Part shown: positions 28,378-37,356 of the stretch, piece by piece
Layout of the letters: each line of letters opens with the position of its first letter
How positions within the stretch are numbered: position 1 is the stretch's first letter
IMG/VR virus record: IMGVR_UViG_3300047548_001236
Location: 124,001-188,000 of that record
Strand: one strand, 5' to 3'
DNA length: 64,000 nt
Position numbers and translations under genes: made by a program
Notes under the pieces: model-generated
Seen by the model: only the letters and a program-made list of their open reading frames with translations
What the model was told of the DNA's origin: nothing
Database searches by the model: none

Positions 28378-28610
28378 TTAAAGTTCATTCAGACAACAAG
28401 CTAGAAACATTTCAAATACTAGGACCAATCATCCGAGTTCATTGGAACCACGAACAAGTTGAACAAGAAGAAATGGATAATGGTAAAAGAGTGACTTGGA
28501 TTGCCGATGAGATAGTTGTACCGTCAGATATCTCTACAGAAGAGTTGATAAAAACACTCGAGCAATACAATGCTCCTGTGAATGAAATAATGCAAGAGTG
28601 GAATAAATAA
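28374..28610 (+). CDS. Small protein coupled to the RT, homologous to 25553-25804
   Basis: ATGA overlap with the RT stop. IRVHWNHEQVE...ADEIVV...STEELIKTL...W pattern. Confidence 0.75.
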   Translation: MIKVHSDNKLETFQILGPIIRVHWNHEQVEQEEMDNGKRVTWIADEIVVPSDISTEELIKTLEQYNAPVNEIMQEWNK

Positions 28611-28639
28611 ACAAAAGGCGCCATTAGGGAGAGTGATCT

Positions 28640-31600
28640 ATGGCAAACGATAAAAGATTTGTAGCCAAGAATGGTCTAACTACTCAAAATATTTTGTTTG
28701 TAGATAATATCCAGTCTGCAAATAACACCGTTTTGATAGAAATGAAACCAACGAACGAGTTAGTCGTCGCTACAGATGAGCAAGCACTGGTTGTGTCAAA
28801 TACACCAGGTTCTATCCTCACAGTCAACGATTCTACTGGCATACCTACTATTCAGGTAACCGATTACGGTAATATTCTTGTTGGTGATCTTGTAGATAAC
28901 GGTGTAGATAAAATCCAAGCTAGTGGGAGTTTGTTTTCTGAAACCATAAAAACTTCCAAACTATCATTCAAGACTCAGCAAGGTTCAGATGTAATATCAT
29001 CTGAACTAACTAGTAACACTGAAGTTACGTTTATTGGTGATAGCAACGATATACTGTCAATGGGATTAGACCCTAATAGTTCACTTTTTACAGTCAACGA
29101 TATTTCTGGTGTGCCTTCGATTGAAGTTGTTGACGATGGTACTGTAAGATTAGCAGAAATTATCGGGAATGTCGGCGTTGGATTAGCGTCGCCGTCAGAA
29201 AAATTGCATGTGCAAGGAAATGTAAGAGCAACGTCGTTGATGGCTGCTAACGGTTCTGCTGCTTCCCCAGCCTTTGATTTTGCTGCTGACCCTAACACTG
29301 GTATGTTTTCTGCTGGAGCTGATACGATTGGGTTCTCTACGAACGGCACGATAGCGGCAGCTATTACATCGACAGGTAACCTGCGTCTGTTCAACACTGC
29401 CGGAACCTTCTACACGGAAATCTCCAACCAACCGACAGCTAATAACACTCTGACACTACCGGCCACAGGCAACGTGACCCTTGTGTCGGGAACGATGGTT
29501 CCAACTACTGGTACTGGCGCGACTGGAACGTGGGGTATCTCAGTAACTGGTAATGCGGCAACTGCAACCACATTACAAACCTCAAGAAATATCAATGGTA
29601 CACTTTTCAACGGTTCTGCTGATATTACGATACCGCGTGTAAGAGCAGCTGACGATCGTACTGTCGCACCGTCGGATTTCTTAACAGCGTATACTACTTT
29701 TGGATTTGGTTCATGGAATAACAATAATACCTCCCCCTATAGCGATTATTTAGTACTTCGCAACTATACAGACTCTACTGGCGGAAATGATAATATGCTA
29801 TCGTTCCGTAAAGATACGTTAGGCATAAGACTGTGGCAAGCACCATATGGCAATAACTCACCTTTCTCAACTTTTAAAGATGTAGCTTGGACAGACGGTA
29901 CTAATGCAACAGGCACTTGGAACATTAGCGTTTCTACGGCAAACAATGCTACCAATCTCAACGGGCAATCAGCTTCATATTATCTTGATTGGACCAATGT
30001 AACCAATAAGCCAGATCCTGTAATAACCCTGGCGGGCGATCTTACTGGTTCTGTTACTTTGACTGATTTAGGATCAGGCACACTCACTGCAACAATTGCC
30101 GCTAATTCAGTTGCTCTTGGCGCAGATACTACAGGTAATTATGTTGCTTCCCTTATACAGGGAACTGGTGTAACTATTACAAATAATACGGGTGAATCAG
30201 CTACACCGACGATTGCTATTGGACAAGACGTAAGTATATCTGCAAATGTCCAATTTGCAAATATGATTGTTTCTGGTGATCTAACAGTTAACGGTACGAC
30301 TACAACAATCAACACCACAAATCTTACCACAAAAGATACACTGATTGAACTTAACAGTGGAGCAAATACTAGTATCAATGATTCTGGTATTCTAATCAAT
30401 CGAGGATCCACTGGGGCTAATGCTTTTATTGGTTGGAATGAAACAACAGATAAATTTGTTGTAGGTACGACAACCGCAACTGGGAATACAACAGGTAACC
30501 TAGCTGTAACAGCTGGAACCTTAGTAGCTGCGTCATTTGAAGGTTCTTTGAGTGGTAATGCAACCACCTCAACTACCGCCAATAATATCGCTGGTGGAGT
30601 CGCTGGAGGGGTCCCTTATCAAAGTGGAGTTGGAACAACCGCTATAACAGCCGCAGGTACTGCCGGCCAGGTTTTTGTTTCTGCGGGTTCAAGTGCCCCA
30701 TCATGGCAGACGTTGACTCTTGAGAATATTCCTGATGCGTGGGTTAAACGTAGTGTCAAAGCAGCCACGACTGCAAATATTACTTTATCGGGTGCACAAA
30801 CTATCGACGGTGTTTCGGTAGTCGCAGGGGATAGAGTTCTTGTAAAGAACCAAACTGCTGCCGCTGAAAATGGTATCTATGTCGTAGCAGCGGGTGCTTG
30901 GACAAGAGCAGCTGATGCTAATATTTCATCAGAATTAGCAGCAGCAACTGTAGGTATTGACCAAGGTACTACAAACGGCGGTAAAACTTATGATACCGAT
31001 TTTAAGGGCACTGATACTCTTGGTACAACTGCAATGTCTTGGTACAGAGTATTAGATGCTGCTTCTATAGGTTCCGAAGTTCAAGCATATGATGCCGGTC
31101 TGCAATCCATTGCAGGTCTAACCACCGCGGCAGATCGTATGATATATACAACTGCAGCAGATACATATGCTGTTACTACATTAACAGCTGCTGGTAGAGC
31201 AATTCTAGACGATGCTGATGCTGCAGCCCAGCGCACTACACTTGGACTTGGAACGGCCAATAACGTCACCTTTGCAACTGTAACAGCTACAACATCTTTG
31301 ACTTCTCCATTACTGACTAATGCTGGTACTCTATCACTTTCAGCTACTGGTTCAAACGTCATTGCTGCATCAACAAATGGTTCAGAACGTTTACGTATTA
31401 CAGACACCGGTAGAGTAGGTATTGGCACTACAATTCCTACAACATCACTTCATGTAACTGCGACTCCCCCAGCAAGCATCCCTACTGCTGGGGCTGCTTC
31501 TTCACACGTAGCCATCGGAACAAATTCTTATGGGACGTCGATTGGTACCCTATCAAGCGGCAGAGGTTATATCCAGCAACAAAGATTTGATGGTAATACG

Positions 31601-31999
31601 GCTGTTTATGATCTTTTGCTCAATCCGAACGGCGGTAACGTAGGTATTGGCACAACAAATCCTTCGACAATTCTTCACGCAAATGGCGAAATAACTGCTA
31701 CGGACTTTAATACAACATCAGACCTAAATGTCAAAGAAAATATTGAAATTATACCAGATGCTGTTGTAAAAGTTTCTCAAATAAATGGTGTGACATTTAA
31801 TTTTAAAGCCGATAATACCAAGCAGAGACACGCAGGTGTTATTGCACAGGATGTAGAAAAGGTACTTCCTGAAGCCGTTAAAGAAATGTCGGATGGAATT
31901 AAACACGTTGCTTACGGAAACTTGATAGGTCTGCTTGTAGAAGCCATAAAAGATCAACAAAAACAAATAGATGAGCTAAAAGCTCTTATCAATAAATAA
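28640..31999 (+). CDS. Long tail fibre with C-terminal S74-like chaperone
   Basis: MANDKRFVAKNGL N-terminus, a TITLSGAQTIDGV...GDRVLVKNQ module, and C-terminal SDLNVKENI...GVIAQDVE...VAYGNL. Confidence 0.85.
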   Translation: MANDKRFVAKNGLTTQNILFVDNIQSANNTVLIEMKPTNELVVATDEQALVVSNTPGSILTVNDSTGIPTIQVTDYGNILVGDLVDNGVDKIQASGSLFSETIKTSKLSFKTQQGSDVISSELTSNTEVTFIGDSNDILSMGLDPNSSLFTVNDISGVPSIEVVDDGTVRLAEIIGNVGVGLASPSEKLHVQGNVRATSLMAANGSAASPAFDFAADPNTGMFSAGADTIGFSTNGTIAAAITSTGNLRLFNTAGTFYTEISNQPTANNTLTLPATGNVTLVSGTMVPTTGTGATGTWGISVTGNAATATTLQTSRNINGTLFNGSADITIPRVRAADDRTVAPSDFLTAYTTFGFGSWNNNNTSPYSDYLVLRNYTDSTGGNDNMLSFRKDTLGIRLWQAPYGNNSPFSTFKDVAWTDGTNATGTWNISVSTANNATNLNGQSASYYLDWTNVTNKPDPVITLAGDLTGSVTLTDLGSGTLTATIAANSVALGADTTGNYVASLIQGTGVTITNNTGESATPTIAIGQDVSISANVQFANMIVSGDLTVNGTTTTINTTNLTTKDTLIELNSGANTSINDSGILINRGSTGANAFIGWNETTDKFVVGTTTATGNTTGNLAVTAGTLVAASFEGSLSGNATTSTTANNIAGGVAGGVPYQSGVGTTAITAAGTAGQVFVSAGSSAPSWQTLTLENIPDAWVKRSVKAATTANITLSGAQTIDGVSVVAGDRVLVKNQTAAAENGIYVVAAGAWTRAADANISSELAAATVGIDQGTTNGGKTYDTDFKGTDTLGTTAMSWYRVLDAASIGSEVQAYDAGLQSIAGLTTAADRMIYTTAADTYAVTTLTAAGRAILDDADAAAQRTTLGLGTANNVTFATVTATTSLTSPLLTNAGTLSLSATGSNVIAASTNGSERLRITDTGRVGIGTTIPTTSLHVTATPPASIPTAGAASSHVAIGTNSYGTSIGTLSSGRGYIQQQRFDGNTAVYDLLLNPNGGNVGIGTTNPSTILHANGEITATDFNTTSDLNVKENIEIIPDAVVKVSQINGVTFNFKADNTKQRHAGVIAQDVEKVLPEAVKEMSDGIKHVAYGNLIGLLVEAIKDQQKQIDELKALINK

Positions 32000-32033
32000 T
32001 AGAAAAGCCGAGTACTCAAAGGAGAGCGCGAAG

Positions 32034-35000
32034 ATGGCAATTAAGATTCAAGGCACAACAATACTTGACGATAACAGGAATTTGTTGTCGGGAAACACAA
32101 TCACAGCAACCTCGTTTGTGGGGCCGCTGGCCGGTAATGCTAACACTGTCACCAATGGCGTGTACACCATTGGTGACCAATCAATTGGCGGCGTAAAGAC
32201 ATTCACGGGTATTCCAGCTTTTAATGGTGGTGTTAGTGGTACAAGTGCCCCATTCACAGTTGATAGTACAACAGTTGTCACAAACCTGAATGCGGATTTA
32301 CTTGATGGACAAAATCTTGTGAGCACAGCTTCAACAGTAAATACTGTAGCTGGGCGCGATGGCGCAGGTGATATATATGCAAGGTTGATCAGAACAACGT
32401 ATACGGAAGATGGTGGCATTACATCGACGGCAGGCGTGCATATGCGAGTCAACGCGAATACTGACAACTATTCGCGCATAGTTACAGGCACGGGATTTGT
32501 AAACTGGCTTGAAAATTATGATGGCGCAGGATCAGGGCTTGACGCAGACTTACTTGATGGTGTACAGGGTGCAAGCTACCTCAGAAGCGATGCAGATGAC
32601 ACAGCATCGGGTCTAATAGCATTTGATAGAGGTGCTGCAAACTATACAGACGCTTTTGTAATACGAAGCGGAGCAGTAGCATCTGGGAATCCCGGACTAT
32701 TCTTCAAAAAGGCAGACTCAAATACGGTCCACATCACAATGTGGAACGGTTCTACAACGCAAGGGTCTTTGAGAGTAACTTCTACGACGACTGAAATAGA
32801 CTCATCAACTGCCATTTTCGGCGATGATGGTACTAACGGATACCTACAGCTAAACAGAGGAAATACAACAAATCCCGGTTACATTTCATTCCATACACCA
32901 AATAATGTAAGACGTTCATACATTGGATGGAACACTTCCAATAGAACCTCATTTGTTGCGGAAAATGGATGGGCCTGGAGCTTTACCGGTAATGTTAGTT
33001 TTGATAGCACTACTTTACATGTAGACTCCACTAACAACAGAGTTGGTATAGGGACACTAACACCAGCAGTATCATTAGATGTGTCTGGTAATATACGAGG
33101 CAGATCAACATTTGAGCTTGTCCCTGTTGGATCTGAAGATGCAGCAGTAGCAATTGGACAAGGTCGTAGTGCTAACGGATATGCGTATATCGATATGATA
33201 GGAGACACAACGTACACAGACTACGGGGTCCGTATAATACGAGGCAACACTGGTGCAAATGCATCTACTCAACTGATCCACAGAGGTACAGGGGGTTTCA
33301 GCTTCGAGGCTCTGGATGCGGGTCACCTGACATTCAAAACAACTAATATAGAGCGTGTGCGCATTAATAGCGCGGGCAATGTAGGTGTAGGTATTGATTC
33401 ACCGTCCGAAAGACTTCACGTTGAAGGTACTGCTCGTGCACTATCATTCGCATCAGCAAACGGCTCTGCCTCTACTCCTTCTTTCGATTTTGTCGCTGAT
33501 CCTAATACCGGTATGTATCTCGCTGCTGCTGACACAATTGGATTCGCTACAAATGGCACAACAGCTGCCCAATTTACGTCCACAGGCAATTTGAGACTTT
33601 TCAATTCCGCAGGCACTTTCTACACAGAACTAAGCAACTCTCCAACATCAAACACAACAGTGACGATCCCCGATATCAACGGGACAATGTCTATCATTAG
33701 ATCGGCAGCAACTGCTGGATATTTTGATACAAGCACGACAACGCCGACCGGCACGACACGTCTTAACTATGGTGGATATTTCTACCCAACGTTTATTAAC
33801 TTAGCCGGATCTGGTGATACTACTACTGCTGCCACACACTACTTTGTTGAAACCGGTACCGATGGATTCGTCAGACCAAAGACGCTTGCAAACGTTAGAA
33901 CTGAAATTGTGACAGGTGCTGCAATCAATGCCGGGCTTGGGACTGCATCGCCAGCAGCTATACTACACCCAACTCTCATCGACGCGGGTTCGAGCACAGC
34001 ACCAGCTGTACTTAGAATTGATCACCAAACAACTGGTACACCAACATCTGGTATTGGTGTTAGCATGCAATTCGGGGTAGAAACTGCAAGTACTCCAAAT
34101 CTGGAAGTGATAGGCGAAATCGCTGCAAGAACAACATCGGTATCTCCTGGCTTAGAAGACTCAGAATTGATATTCTACGGTATGCAAGGAGGTGTTCAAG
34201 ATGAGCGCTTTAGATCTAGATCAACTGGATTTACCATTGGTGGTATAGCACAGCCGCAAGCAACTTTGCATGTCCGTAATGCCATTGGTGGTGAATTTCA
34301 AGCTCCGACGCCACAACTCCGTCTTGAACAGAAATACATATCAGGCCGTGAGATTGGCGAAGGCCCCGCAATTGAATTTGCTGTGGAAGTGTCGGCGGGC
34401 AACATAAAACCAAGTGGACAAATTGCATCAGTAGCAAACGACCTTACACCTGGATCCGAAGTTTTCGATATGACATTCAGTACTCCGGGTACTGGTGCTC
34501 TACCATCCGAGAGTATGAGGATTACTGGAGGTGGTCGTGTACTCATAAATTCGACAGAAGCATATGGCAACATAGGTAGAGTACCTCGGCTTCAAGTTCA
34601 CACCGCAGGATTCATACGTGATTCACGTATTGGATCATTCAACTGGATTGACAACAACACAGGCGCAGGCATTGAATTTTATAAATCAAGATCAGGTACT
34701 AGAGGTACATTCGGAGTACTAACTTCTGGTGATATAATTGGCGAGTTACAATTTTATGGTGTTGATAGTGGGAATACATCCTTTTCAGAGGCGACGCGTA
34801 TTGTAACTCATGTCGATGCTGCACCAACGACAACAGGGGTACCAAGCCGTCTTTCATTCTTCACATCAGATACCACAGGTACACTTGCAGAGCGTATGAG
34901 AATTACATCTGGTGCAGAAGTCTGGATTGCTGGTACTACTGACCGCGGAGCATACAACCTTCAATGTAACGGCACCGGTGTTTGGGGTGCTGGTGCTTAT

Positions 35001-35321
35001 GTCAATGGTTCTGATGCTCGTATAAAAGACAACATTGAACCCATAGGATCATGTAAGGATGTTGTCAATGCGCTAAACCCAATAACCTTCCGTTATAAAC
35101 CAGACTTTTCTAACGATCAATCATTACAACCAGGTTTCATCGCGCAAGAATTGCAGGAAGCATTGAGCGATCAACCGTATCTCGAAGGGGTCGTTCAGGG
35201 TGGTCCAGAATATCTCAATGTGGCATATCAGACACTAATTCCAATTCTAACAAAAGCACTTCAAGAAGCAATGCAAGAAATTGCTGATCTCAAAGCACGA
35301 CTTGATGCTGCTAATCTTTGA
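32034..35321 (+). CDS. Long tail fibre with C-terminal S74-like chaperone
   Basis: LNADLLDG and GSGLDADLLDG motifs, VGIGT repeats, and C-terminal SDARIKDNI...GFIAQEL. Confidence 0.85.
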   Translation: MAIKIQGTTILDDNRNLLSGNTITATSFVGPLAGNANTVTNGVYTIGDQSIGGVKTFTGIPAFNGGVSGTSAPFTVDSTTVVTNLNADLLDGQNLVSTASTVNTVAGRDGAGDIYARLIRTTYTEDGGITSTAGVHMRVNANTDNYSRIVTGTGFVNWLENYDGAGSGLDADLLDGVQGASYLRSDADDTASGLIAFDRGAANYTDAFVIRSGAVASGNPGLFFKKADSNTVHITMWNGSTTQGSLRVTSTTTEIDSSTAIFGDDGTNGYLQLNRGNTTNPGYISFHTPNNVRRSYIGWNTSNRTSFVAENGWAWSFTGNVSFDSTTLHVDSTNNRVGIGTLTPAVSLDVSGNIRGRSTFELVPVGSEDAAVAIGQGRSANGYAYIDMIGDTTYTDYGVRIIRGNTGANASTQLIHRGTGGFSFEALDAGHLTFKTTNIERVRINSAGNVGVGIDSPSERLHVEGTARALSFASANGSASTPSFDFVADPNTGMYLAAADTIGFATNGTTAAQFTSTGNLRLFNSAGTFYTELSNSPTSNTTVTIPDINGTMSIIRSAATAGYFDTSTTTPTGTTRLNYGGYFYPTFINLAGSGDTTTAATHYFVETGTDGFVRPKTLANVRTEIVTGAAINAGLGTASPAAILHPTLIDAGSSTAPAVLRIDHQTTGTPTSGIGVSMQFGVETASTPNLEVIGEIAARTTSVSPGLEDSELIFYGMQGGVQDERFRSRSTGFTIGGIAQPQATLHVRNAIGGEFQAPTPQLRLEQKYISGREIGEGPAIEFAVEVSAGNIKPSGQIASVANDLTPGSEVFDMTFSTPGTGALPSESMRITGGGRVLINSTEAYGNIGRVPRLQVHTAGFIRDSRIGSFNWIDNNTGAGIEFYKSRSGTRGTFGVLTSGDIIGELQFYGVDSGNTSFSEATRIVTHVDAAPTTTGVPSRLSFFTSDTTGTLAERMRITSGAEVWIAGTTDRGAYNLQCNGTGVWGAGAYVNGSDARIKDNIEPIGSCKDVVNALNPITFRYKPDFSNDQSLQPGFIAQELQEALSDQPYLEGVVQGGPEYLNVAYQTLIPILTKALQEAMQEIADLKARLDAANL

Positions 35322-35337
35322 AATAAGGAACGAACAC

Positions 35338-35754
35338 ATGCAAATAGATGAAGCACTTCAAACCCTCAATGCTAAATTCAAATACAAGAATGATACTTTT
35401 CGTTGGCTAGATTACTGGCGAATAATGGCAAATGACGGAGATAAGTGGGAAGGTGATTGTGAAGATTATTCTTTGACCTTAGCATGGCTAGTATCAGATA
35501 AGGATATTCTCAAATTTTTATGGAATTTGATTTCTTTCAGATTTTTGATTTGGTACGTAAAGTCTCCGAATGGCGAAGGTCATGCTATTATAAAAATAGA
35601 TGGTCTTTATTATGATAATATCCAGAAAAAAGGTGTTGAAAAAAGCATACTAAAAGAGAAGGGATACAAATTTGTATATCCCTTTGTATTACCTCTCTTT
35701 TTGATAAAGATGATCTTAGCCTCTATATTCGGAGTTTTTATTAAGAGGCAGTAA
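35338..35754 (+). CDS. Transglutaminase-like cysteine protease (BTLCP/C93-like)
   Basis: GDCEDY, GEGHAI and YYDN give a Cys-His-Asp triad. AAGGA RBS precedes the ATG at 35338. Confidence 0.7.
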   Translation: MQIDEALQTLNAKFKYKNDTFRWLDYWRIMANDGDKWEGDCEDYSLTLAWLVSDKDILKFLWNLISFRFLIWYVKSPNGEGHAIIKIDGLYYDNIQKKGVEKSILKEKGYKFVYPFVLPLFLIKMILASIFGVFIKRQ

Positions 35755-35775
35755 CATTTTTATGAATGTAATTCA

Positions 35776-35803
35776 ATTATACCATACGAGCCACGATTGT
35801 CAA
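35776..35803 (-). promoter_or_regulatory. Consensus sigma70-type promoter pointing antisense into the fibre block
   Basis: The minus strand reads TTGACA-N16-TATAAT, with an extended -10 TG. Confidence 0.6.
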
Positions 35804-35822
35804 CTCAAAAGTTCGTGTGGTA

Positions 35823-35830
35823 TATAAATA
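35823..35830 (+). promoter_or_regulatory. T4-type late promoter for the neck operon
   Basis: TATAAATA 27 nt before the gp13 ATG. Confidence 0.85.
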
Positions 35831-35857
35831 AAACAGATTTAATCAACAGGTGGCAGA

Positions 35858-36601
35858 ATGGCAAAACCTACAAATAGACAAGAATTTAAAGAATACTGCC
35901 TTCGTAAACTAGGGCATCCTGTTATCCAGATTAACGTATCTGATGAACAGATTGAAGATCGTATAGACGAAGCGTTTAGCTTTTTCAGTGATTATCACTA
36001 TAACGGCTCGGAGCATGTTTATTTAAAGCATGTCATAACACAGCAAGATATTGATCGTGGTTATATCGAGGCTCCGCCAAGATTACTAGGTGTTACTCGT
36101 ATCTTTGATCTCAGTTCGTCCATTTCTTCGGGCACTGGCATGTTCAACGTCACCTATCAATTCGTACTGAACAACCTCCAAGACCTGACCGGATATTCTA
36201 TCCAGAACTATTATATGACAATGCAGAGCCTGAGGTTCATTCAGGAGTGGCTTGTTGGCTGGCCCATGATTCGATATAACCGCCTAGTCAACAAGGTATA
36301 TTTGGATATGAACGTATCCAAACTGACGCCAGGCAACTACATTATTATCGAAGCATATGACATCATCGATCCCCAGCTTTACACAGATCTGTGGGCTGAT
36401 AGGTTCTTTCAGAACTACGCAACAGCTCTGATTCAGGAACAATGGGGACGCAACCTGACCAAGTTCGTCGGCATGCAATTGGTAGGTGGTGTTCAGTTTA
36501 ATGGTGAGCAGATCCTTTCAGATGCTATGAATACAAGACAATCAATGGAACAAGAAGCAAAGAGTTCGTTGCAGCCACTTATATACAACTTTACAGGATA
36601 A
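35858..36601 (+). CDS. 13: Neck protein gp13
   Basis: KPTNRQEFKEYCLRKLGHPVIQINV and QWGRNLTKF. Synteny with 14 and 15. Confidence 0.9.
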   Translation: MAKPTNRQEFKEYCLRKLGHPVIQINVSDEQIEDRIDEAFSFFSDYHYNGSEHVYLKHVITQQDIDRGYIEAPPRLLGVTRIFDLSSSISSGTGMFNVTYQFVLNNLQDLTGYSIQNYYMTMQSLRFIQEWLVGWPMIRYNRLVNKVYLDMNVSKLTPGNYIIIEAYDIIDPQLYTDLWADRFFQNYATALIQEQWGRNLTKFVGMQLVGGVQFNGEQILSDAMNTRQSMEQEAKSSLQPLIYNFTG

Positions 36602-36603
36602 TC

Positions 36604-37344
36604 ATGGCTACCAACGTATTCTTTCGTAACTACGATTTCTTCAACGAACAACAGTTGATCGACGATCTGGTGATCGAATCGATCCAGATTTACGGTGTCG
36701 ATACGTACTACATCACCAAGAACTCATCTCCAATAGATGAGCTACAGAACGAAGTTCCGTTGGCAATATTTGATGCTGCCTACCACATCGACATGTATGT
36801 GAAGTCTGTAGATGGATTCCAGGGCGAGGGAGATTTCCTGTCGAAATTTGGTTTGCAGATTCGAGACCAGGTGACGTTCACTGTTGCAAATAGAACGTTC
36901 GAAAGATTCGTTACTCGCAACAAGCCTGCATGGGTTCGTCCAAAAGAAGGCGATCTAATTTACATGCCGATGAACCAGAAGTTCTTCAAAGTGACGTTCG
37001 TCGAACACGAATCCGTGTTCTATCAAACAGGAGCACTGCAAGTTTTTGATCTGAAATGCGAGTTGTACGAATACTCCAATGAGCGCTTTGAGACTGGCGT
37101 GGCTTTGGTCGATACAGCGTTCAATGCATACAAGACCACAAATGTCAGCAACCTAACCGAACTTCAAAATGTCGATCCAATCGCCAAGAACATCGTCTAC
37201 GAAACGGAAGGGGATGTGTTCATTGACTTTAGCGAGATTGACCCGTTCAGCGAAAACATCACGCGTCCTACCAATTATTCTGTCACATCGGATCAGACGG
37301 TATACACCGCAGATTCGACCGATTACACAGCGGATACCATATAA
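36604..37344 (+). CDS. 14: Neck protein gp14
   Basis: IESIQIYGVD, GDFLSKFGL, RPKEGDLIY and FYQTG motifs. Confidence 0.9.
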   Translation: MATNVFFRNYDFFNEQQLIDDLVIESIQIYGVDTYYITKNSSPIDELQNEVPLAIFDAAYHIDMYVKSVDGFQGEGDFLSKFGLQIRDQVTFTVANRTFERFVTRNKPAWVRPKEGDLIYMPMNQKFFKVTFVEHESVFYQTGALQVFDLKCELYEYSNERFETGVALVDTAFNAYKTTNVSNLTELQNVDPIAKNIVYETEGDVFIDFSEIDPFSENITRPTNYSVTSDQTVYTADSTDYTADTI

Positions 37345-37356
37345 GGGCTAACAGAC

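Larger units (their letters stand above)
24513..28610 (+). mobile_element. Diversity-generating retroelement cassette: target 1, small ORF, target 2, TR, RT, small ORF
   Basis: DGR-type RT, one TR and two VRs with adenine-specific mismatches, and 3' hairpins. Confidence 0.95.

Noticed and set aside
35281-35337. Longer start for the cysteine protease gene
   Set aside because: It overlaps the fibre gene end. The AAGGA RBS supports the ATG at 35338.
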